Assembly: GCA_002774875.1 (NCBI GenBank)
Contig: PCYM01000006.1
Span: forward strand, 91,095 to 137,834
DNA length: 46,740 nt
Direction: 5' to 3'
Source of the DNA: Candidatus Uhrbacteria bacterium CG10_big_fil_rev_8_21_14_0_10_50_16
GTDB taxonomy: Bacteria; Patescibacteriota; Patescibacteriia; UBA9934; UBA11717
Shown here: piece by piece, positions 41,349 through 46,740 of the stretch
Position numbering within the stretch: the first letter of the stretch is position 1
How the letters are laid out: every line of letters starts with the position of its first letter
The notes under the pieces: model-generated
The model's database searches: none
What the model saw: only the letters and a program-made list of their open reading frames with translations
What the model was told of the DNA's origin: nothing
Made by a program: the position numbers and the translations under genes

Positions 41349-42875
41349 TTAACGTGCGTACTCGGTAATGCGTGTCTCTCGAATCAACGTCACCTTAACT
41401 TCTCCCGGATAGCGGAGCTCGCTTTCAATCTTCTTGGCGATGTTCTTGGCGAGTTGATAGGACTGTAAATCGTCGATGTTGGTTGGGTTCACAAACACAC
41501 GCACCTCACGACCGGCTTGGATGGCATACGCCTTTTCCACTTCCTCAAAACTTGTGGCGGTTCGCTCCAACTCTTCTAATCGTTGAATGTATTGTTCAAA
41601 GGTATTCTTACGCGCGCCGGGACGTGCACCTGAGATGGCGTCGGCCGCCTTTACAATCACTGCCTCTAACGTCTTTGGTTTGTCCACGTGGTGACCAATG
41701 GATTGATAAGCGATCTCCTCGGGGAATCCAAATTTCTTCATGATATTGTAGCCAATCTCCGGGTGACTACCTTGCATGTCATGGTCCACAGCTTTTCCAA
41801 TATCATGGAAGAGCCCGCCCTTGGTACACACGTGCACGTCGGCGCCCAGCTCCTCGGCCAACATGCGGGCGATGGTTGCAACCTCCATGGCGTGTTGCAA
41901 TTGATTTTGTCCGTAGCTGGTGCGGAACTTGAGCCGTCCAAGAATCTGCACGAGTTTTGGATCCACGGAAGACACTGGGATGGCTAACTCAGACAACGCA
42001 TCCTCTCCGGCCTTCTTCATCTCAACAGCTAATTCCTTTTTGGCAAGTTTTACGGCCTCCTCAATGCGGGCTGGTTGTACACGACCATCCTTGACTAACA
42101 TCTCAATGGCGCGCTTGGCGACTTGTCTGCGAACAGGGGAGAAGGAGCTTACTGTGACGGCCATTGGTGTGTCATCCACAATAATCTCCGTTCCGGTAAT
42201 GGTCTCAAGCGTGCGAATATTGCGACCTTCTTTTCCAATAATGCGTCCCTTCATCTCGTCGGACGGCAATTGCACAGTAGACGTGGTGGTCTCCGTTGCA
42301 TGGCCCGACGCGTAACGTTCAATCACAAGGGCGAGCATTTTATTGGCCTTGCGCCCAAGTTCTTCCTCCACGGATTGATCGAGTTTTCGCAGACGGCTCT
42401 CTAACGCCTCTGCCTCGTCGGCCTCGATTTCCTTCATTAACTCCTCCAACGCTTGCTCACGTGTCATGCCGGCGATGGTCTGAAGCTTTTCCATAGCCTC
42501 TGTGTCCAATACCTCCAAGCGTGCCTTGATTTTACGTAAACGCTCCTTTTCTTCCTCTAATCGATCGTATTTTCCCTCCAAATCGAGGAGTTTTTGATCG
42601 AACGTATTCTCTCGTTGCTCTACGCGTTCCTGAAGCTTTTTGACCTCTTGGCGCAATTCCTTGGCCTCGGCTGTCGCGTCGTTAATCACTTGAACCGATT
42701 TTTGCTTGGCATCTAGCAATAATTCTTGCTGTTTGCTTTTGGCGTCTGCAATGATTTTTTCGGCCTGTCCCTCTGCCTGACCGGTTCGGTACGTTGCCAA
42801 TCGTGCCCGAACAAGGAATCCACCGGCACTTCCGGCCAATATTCCTAAGATGACATAAATAAAAGTAAAATCCAT
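41349..42875 (-). CDS. rny: Ribonuclease Y
   Basis: 508-aa ORF with an N-terminal TM, a long coiled coil, a KH domain (GRIIGKEGRNIRTLE) and an HD domain (LFHDIGKAVDH...GHH). Confidence 0.95.
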   Translation of the reverse strand: MDFTFIYVILGILAGSAGGFLVRARLATYRTGQAEGQAEKIIADAKSKQQELLLDAKQKSVQVINDATAEAKELRQEVKKLQERVEQRENTFDQKLLDLEGKYDRLEEEKERLRKIKARLEVLDTEAMEKLQTIAGMTREQALEELMKEIEADEAEALESRLRKLDQSVEEELGRKANKMLALVIERYASGHATETTTSTVQLPSDEMKGRIIGKEGRNIRTLETITGTEIIVDDTPMAVTVSSFSPVRRQVAKRAIEMLVKDGRVQPARIEEAVKLAKKELAVEMKKAGEDALSELAIPVSSVDPKLVQILGRLKFRTSYGQNQLQHAMEVATIARMLAEELGADVHVCTKGGLFHDIGKAVDHDMQGSHPEIGYNIMKKFGFPEEIAYQSIGHHVDKPKTLEAVIVKAADAISGARPGARKNTFEQYIQRLEELERTATSFEEVEKAYAIQAGREVRVFVNPTNIDDLQSYQLAKNIAKKIESELRYPGEVKVTLIRETRITEYAR

Positions 42876-43035
42876 AGGTGTAGTAAACCTTCTGGATAAA
42901 CGTCAAGAAACGGATCTAAAATCCTACCGTTTTGCCCAATGTGAGCGGCTAACCTTCGCTAAATACTCCAAGTAGAAAGAGAAATCCATTTGCAGAACAT
43001 CCATACCAGCAGGTGCAATAGTAATAACTGCTCTA

Positions 43036-43064
43036 AGCGTACTGCCAGAAAGGGCAAATGTCAA
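43036..43064 (-). promoter_or_regulatory. Candidate distal promoter (TTGACA-17 nt-TACGCT) about 150 nt upstream of rny
   Basis: The rc of 43059-64 is TTGACA and the rc of 43036-41 is TACGCT. Its function is unknown. Confidence 0.35.
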
Positions 43065-43154
43065 TGTGTTTTGGGTGGTTGAACGGCAATGGTAAGAAGG
43101 TCCTCTTCTTGATCTTGCGGGGGTTTGTGGTTCTATGGCGCGGAAGGAGGCCAC

Positions 43155-43637
43155 ATGGCACAAAATTACGGTTCGGGAAATGGAAAGAAGCGCAAGGCTT
43201 TTAGGCCGAGCCGGTCTGAAAAGCGCATGGTGAGGGAGGAATACGAACGCAGCACACGGATATGGAAGGAGTCGACGAGTCGTTGGCGGGGCCCTCAACC
43301 TGTGCTGCCCAAGGAGGGTACCGATGAGTGGAAGAAGATGCTCGAGGAAGCACGCCGGCGGAAGCGTCATAGGTACCAGTCTCGCAAGCCATCGCAGCCT
43401 GTTCCCAGGAACGCGCCGGCGATTACTCCGCGCGCGGCGGTGTATTTGCCGGATGGACGCAATGATGACGGTTCGAGCCGGCTCGTGGTCGTGGTATTCC
43501 TGATCGCCACGATATCGGCAATCACTTGGCTCTGGGTGAGCACCGTGATGAACTCCGACACGGGAGATGATGACGACTCCGCATCGACGCAGTCGGTGCC
43601 TTCCGAGCAGCTCCTCTTCGGCGTCGGACCGTGGTAG
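43155..43637 (+). CDS. Elevated-GC orphan protein with a basic N-terminus, one TM segment and an acidic tail (cassette 5)
   Basis: 160 aa from the ATG at 43155, with the Shine-Dalgarno site GGAAGGAGG 4 nt upstream. TM is LVVVVFLIATISAITWLWV. I recognise no motif. Confidence 0.5.
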   Translation: MAQNYGSGNGKKRKAFRPSRSEKRMVREEYERSTRIWKESTSRWRGPQPVLPKEGTDEWKKMLEEARRRKRHRYQSRKPSQPVPRNAPAITPRAAVYLPDGRNDDGSSRLVVVVFLIATISAITWLWVSTVMNSDTGDDDDSASTQSVPSEQLLFGVGPW

Positions 43638-43683
43638 CGCCTCTGGGTCTGTGCGTGATCTGGTAGATTCGTCTGAACGAAAA

Positions 43684-43714
43684 CGAGCCCGTCCTGGGCT
43701 CGCTCATTTTTTTT
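43684..43714 (+). terminator. Intrinsic terminator of cassette-5 ORF
   Basis: Stem CGAGCCC/GGGCTCG with loop GTCCT, followed by CTCATTTTTTTT. Confidence 0.75.
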
Positions 43715-43738
43715 AAACGCTTTTTACAAAAACAGTTA

Positions 43739-44452
43739 TTAATTGACAAGAACGTCGGTGTTGATCAAAAACGACTGCCAGTTGTCTTTTGAGATCTGAT
43801 CAATCGCGTGGGCGTCTTTTACAAAAAAGTCGCCGATGCGTGTTCTGCGCAATTGCAAACAGTACGCACCCAGACCAAAGTATTCTCCAAGATCTTGCGC
43901 AATCACGCGGACGTAGGTGCCGCTGGAGACATCGATCACAGCCGTGAGGATGGCGTCTTTGTAGCTGATCACATCAAATCGATGAATCGTCACCGTGCGA
44001 TATGGCCGATCAATTTCTTTGCCTTGCCGTGCGAGCGTATACAATTTTTGTCCACCAATTTTAATCGCCGAGTGCATGGGCGGCTTTTGTTGAATCTCTC
44101 CCAAAAATGCTTTCTGAATCGCCTGTTCTATACGCTCTTGATTGGGCCAGGCGTCGTACTTGCCACCGTCATCTACCGGTTTTATTTCACCCTCTGGGTC
44201 TCCTGTGGTGCTGGTTTCTCCAATTTTAAATTGCGTCTCGTAGGTTTTGCTCTGTTTTACAAATTGGTCAATCCGCTTTGTTGCCTCGCGTCCAATGGCT
44301 ACCACCAATAATCCCGTGGCAAAGGGGTCCAAGGTACCCGCATGGCCGATTTTCCTGATTCCTGTAATGGATCGGAGCTTGGCAACCACGTCAAAACTGG
44401 TCCATCCGGCGGGCTTGTCTACAAGTAAAAATCCTGTCGTTTTGTTCTCCAT
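43739..44452 (-). CDS. truB: tRNA pseudouridine(55) synthase
   Basis: MENKTTGFLLVDKPAGWTSFDVV...KIGHAGTLDPFATGLLVVAIG contains the catalytic Asp motif. The start was trimmed to the ATG at 44452; the track ORF extends into infB. Confidence 0.9.
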   Translation of the reverse strand: MENKTTGFLLVDKPAGWTSFDVVAKLRSITGIRKIGHAGTLDPFATGLLVVAIGREATKRIDQFVKQSKTYETQFKIGETSTTGDPEGEIKPVDDGGKYDAWPNQERIEQAIQKAFLGEIQQKPPMHSAIKIGGQKLYTLARQGKEIDRPYRTVTIHRFDVISYKDAILTAVIDVSSGTYVRVIAQDLGEYFGLGAYCLQLRRTRIGDFFVKDAHAIDQISKDNWQSFLINTDVLVN

Positions 44453-44459
44453 ACACAAA

Positions 44460-44468
44460 ATAGTAACA
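44460..44468 (-). promoter_or_regulatory. Extended -10 promoter (TGTTACTAT) 7 nt upstream of the truB ATG
   Basis: The rc of atagtaaca is TGTTACTAT. There is no Shine-Dalgarno site. Confidence 0.45.
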
Positions 44469-44531
44469 CACGCATTGACGAAACTGGTAAAAACCGCTAT
44501 CTTAAGGCCACATAACTCTCCTTTTACATCC

Positions 44532-46547
44532 ATGAACGTCACCGAACTCGCTCGTCGTCTCCGTGTTCCTACCACGGTTTTACTCGAAAAGCTCCCAGAG
44601 CTTGGTTTTAGCTTGGGAAAACGTGCCATTAAAGTGAACGATCGTGAGGCGAGCGACATCATGCGTGCATGGCGTGAATTTAAGCGTCAGGAGGCCGTGC
44701 GAAAACGTCATGCCGAGCAAAAGGAGTTGGAAGAGCGCCGCAAGGCGCGATTGGAAGCTACAAAGGACAATGCCATTGAGTTGCCAAGTGTGCTCACCGT
44801 GCGTGTGTTTGCCGAGTTGTTGGATCTGCCAATCTCTGAAGTGATGCGCGAGCTCATGCGTGCCGGTATTTTTGCGAGCATGAATGAGCGCTTGGATTTT
44901 GAGACAGCTGCGATTGTGGCAGGGGACCTTGGATTCCACGTGACCAACGTGGATGAGATGGGAGATGTTAAACAGGAAGAAGAACTTTCACGATTGGAAG
45001 AAGTCTTGCGTGACGACAAGGGCGACACACGTCCGCCGGTGATTGTGGTAATGGGACATGTGGATCACGGAAAAACGCGTTTGTTGGATGCAATCCGCAA
45101 CACACACGTGATTGACACGGAAGCTGGTGGAATCACACAGCACATTGGTGCGTACCAGGCGATTCGACATGATCAACAAATGACGTTCATCGACACGCCA
45201 GGGCATGAGGCGTTTACGGTTATGCGATCGCGTGGTGCCAAGGTAGCAGACATTGCGATTCTTGTGGTAGCCGCTGACGATGGTGTACAACCGCAGACGC
45301 GCGAAGCGGTGGAGATCATTAAGGCCGCGGAGATTCCCATGGTTGTCGCGATTAATAAAATCGACAAAGAAGGTGCGGACCCAGAGCGTGTTAAACGTGA
45401 GCTGTCCGAGTTGAATGTGCTGCCAGAGGATTGGGGCGGCAAGGTGATTATGGTGCCTATCAGTGCAAAACAAGAACAGAACATCGATCAGTTATTGGAT
45501 GCAGTGTTGTTGATGTATGAAATGGAGAAGGAGCACATTACGGCCAATCCAAATCGTACGGCTATGGGAACGATCATTGAATCTCATATCGACAAGGGTG
45601 CAGGTCCTGTGGCAACCGTGTTGATTCAAAGTGGAACCCTCCATTCGGGAGATACGCTAGGTGTGCGTGGAGAGAACTATGGTCGCGTGCGTGCCATGCA
45701 GGATTGGAATGCAGACAATTTGGAGTCGGCGGGTCCCTCAGTTCCGGTACGTGTGTTGGGATGGAAGGTGGCACCGTTTGTTGGAGATGTAATGGAAGTT
45801 GCCAATGCTCTCGACCTTGCTAAGACCACTAAATCAAAAATGCGTACGGGGTCATTGCAGAATGTGGGTGCGACGGTACGACAAGTTGAGAAAGAAGGCG
45901 AGGACAGCGGAAAGAAGATTCTTAATGTCATCTTAAAGGCCGATGTGCTTGGATCTGTGGAAGCTATTTTGGGACTCTTTGAAAAAGTAAAACATGAAGG
46001 CGTTGGATTGCACGTGGTGTCTAAAGCCCTTGGTAATGTTACCGAGGCAGACGTGAGTCGTGCGGAAGGAACAGACGCGGTTATAATTGCTTTTGGTGTG
46101 CAGGTTCCAAGTAATGTGGAGATGCAGGCGCGTGAGAAGAAGGTGGAGGTACTCAAATTTGATGTCATCTACAAGATGTTTGAGGAAGTGGTGGATCGGT
46201 TGCAAGAGATGCTCACGGACGAGATTATGCTCGTAGAGCTTGGAAAGATGGAGGTACTCGCGGTCTTTAATAAGATTGAGAAGGGATGGATTGTGGGAGG
46301 AAAGGTCACCGAGGGTGTGGTGGAGACGGGATGCAAAGTCCGCGTATGGCGTGAGGAGCAGTTGATTGGAGAGGGAGGGATTAAAGAAATTCGTGTTGGA
46401 AAGTCGGTGGTCAAAGATTTACGCAAGGGCTCCGAGGGAGGCGTGCAATATGTCGGTAAGACCAAGATTGAAGAAGGAGATATTCTGGAATTCTATAAGG
46501 AAGAAAGTAAGGCTCGTAAGTTGATTGTAGACGGAGCTAATTCCTAA
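44532..46547 (+). CDS. infB: Translation initiation factor IF-2
   Basis: The start was trimmed to MNVTELARRL.... The GTPase motifs are G1 GHVDHGKT, DTPGHEAF and NKID, followed by C-terminal domains. Confidence 0.95.
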   Translation: MNVTELARRLRVPTTVLLEKLPELGFSLGKRAIKVNDREASDIMRAWREFKRQEAVRKRHAEQKELEERRKARLEATKDNAIELPSVLTVRVFAELLDLPISEVMRELMRAGIFASMNERLDFETAAIVAGDLGFHVTNVDEMGDVKQEEELSRLEEVLRDDKGDTRPPVIVVMGHVDHGKTRLLDAIRNTHVIDTEAGGITQHIGAYQAIRHDQQMTFIDTPGHEAFTVMRSRGAKVADIAILVVAADDGVQPQTREAVEIIKAAEIPMVVAINKIDKEGADPERVKRELSELNVLPEDWGGKVIMVPISAKQEQNIDQLLDAVLLMYEMEKEHITANPNRTAMGTIIESHIDKGAGPVATVLIQSGTLHSGDTLGVRGENYGRVRAMQDWNADNLESAGPSVPVRVLGWKVAPFVGDVMEVANALDLAKTTKSKMRTGSLQNVGATVRQVEKEGEDSGKKILNVILKADVLGSVEAILGLFEKVKHEGVGLHVVSKALGNVTEADVSRAEGTDAVIIAFGVQVPSNVEMQAREKKVEVLKFDVIYKMFEEVVDRLQEMLTDEIMLVELGKMEVLAVFNKIEKGWIVGGKVTEGVVETGCKVRVWREEQLIGEGGIKEIRVGKSVVKDLRKGSEGGVQYVGKTKIEEGDILEFYKEESKARKLIVDGANS

Positions 46548-46551
46548 ACTT

Positions 46552-46573
46552 AAAAGCGCCCGAGGGCGCTTTT
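46552..46573. terminator. Bidirectional terminator after infB
   Basis: AAAAGCGCC-CGAG-GGCGCTTTT. Confidence 0.75.
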
Positions 46574-46590
46574 AAGTTTGCATAATTAAA

Positions 46591-46740
46591 TCACTTGAAT
46601 CCTTCGCCGAACGCGCTCATCTTCGAACATGCGTGTTTTGAGAATTGCGCCCGGCACATTGCTTTAAATAATCCGCAAGGAGTCATCGCCGTACCAGTGT
46701 ATTGCCTGCGTCTGCTAAAGATTGGGTCGACGCCCAACAC
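46591..46740 (-). CDS. C-terminal 49 codons of an unidentified Cys-containing protein; the gene runs off the right edge
   Basis: Not in the ORF track. The reverse frame is open to the window edge: VLGVDPIFSRRRQYTGTAMTPCGLFKAMCRAQFSKHACSKMSAFGEGFK*. It is convergent with infB and shares a terminator with it. Confidence 0.35.
   Translation of the reverse strand: MLGVDPIFSRRRQYTGTAMTPCGLFKAMCRAQFSKHACSKMSAFGEGFK

Noticed and set aside
42924-43370. 148-aa minus-strand ORF spanning the rny upstream region and cassette 5
   Set aside because: It runs antisense through the better-supported cassette-5 ORF. The translation is low-complexity and Pro/Arg/Leu-rich, and no start signals are present.
26898-43714. 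Interpreting the high-GC cassettes as integron gene cassettes
   Set aside because: They are not arrayed next to an intI/attI. They are scattered on both strands and apparently carry their own promoters. I could not find attC-like R''/L''-L'/R' imperfect palindromes with GTTRRRY ends at their borders.
1-46740. CRISPR arrays, rRNA genes, transposases, integrases or IS elements
   Set aside because: I found no regularly spaced direct repeats, no rRNA-like conserved strings, and no ORF with DDE, tyrosine-recombinase or serine-recombinase motifs.
1-46740. Alternative genetic code (UGA reassignment, as in some candidate phyla)
   Set aside because: TGA terminates well-supported genes at the expected lengths (fba at 8516-8518, the minor pilin at 15396-15398, GT4 at 34873-34875). 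Conserved genes are uninterrupted under the standard code.

Overview
This is a 46.7-kb chromosomal window from a small-genome bacterium that uses the standard genetic code (TGA is a working stop, for example in the ATGA overlaps at 8516-8519 and 15395-15398). The gene content looks like Patescibacteria/CPR, but that is inference from content only and no search was run. It includes a split transketolase, rpe and rpiB, a class II aldolase flanked by two PfkB kinases, a compact type IV pilus operon, a FemAB-family gene, an L,D-transpeptidase, and a GT4/DUF4012 envelope locus. I call about 47 protein genes. They include ileS, trpS, infB, truB, rny, ruvA, an HU gene and bcp. I also call tRNA-Ala(UGC), a type-A RNase P RNA (minus strand, about 37660-38095) and many intrinsic terminators. 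No CRISPR array, rRNA or transposase is visible.

The most unusual signal is five short high-GC cassettes wedged between housekeeping genes (about 26.9, 33.1, 38.2, 39.9 and 43.1 kb). Hand counts on 60-nt lines give 57-68% GC in the cassettes against 38-50% in sampled host lines. Each carries one or two orphan ORFs with a strong GGAGG-type Shine-Dalgarno site, and most have their own hairpin terminator. Many host genes instead start 6-9 nt downstream of an extended -10 box (TGnTATAMT) with no Shine-Dalgarno site, which looks leaderless. One cassette encodes a mini sigma-70 protein with region 1.2-like and region 4.2 sequence only.

Other points worth a second look:
- a 53-nt duplication of the tRNA-Ala 3' end plus its terminator, which resembles an att scar
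- a dispersed palindromic element with core CGACGATCGTCG, present in four copies
- a conserved three-cysteine C-terminal block shared by a tiny ORF at 19.3 kb and the truncated ORF at the right edge
- a DUF4349 gene inserted between the two transketolase halves
- an ATP-cone/PD-(D/E)xK fusion protein

All functional calls rest on motifs I can read in the translations. No database search was possible.
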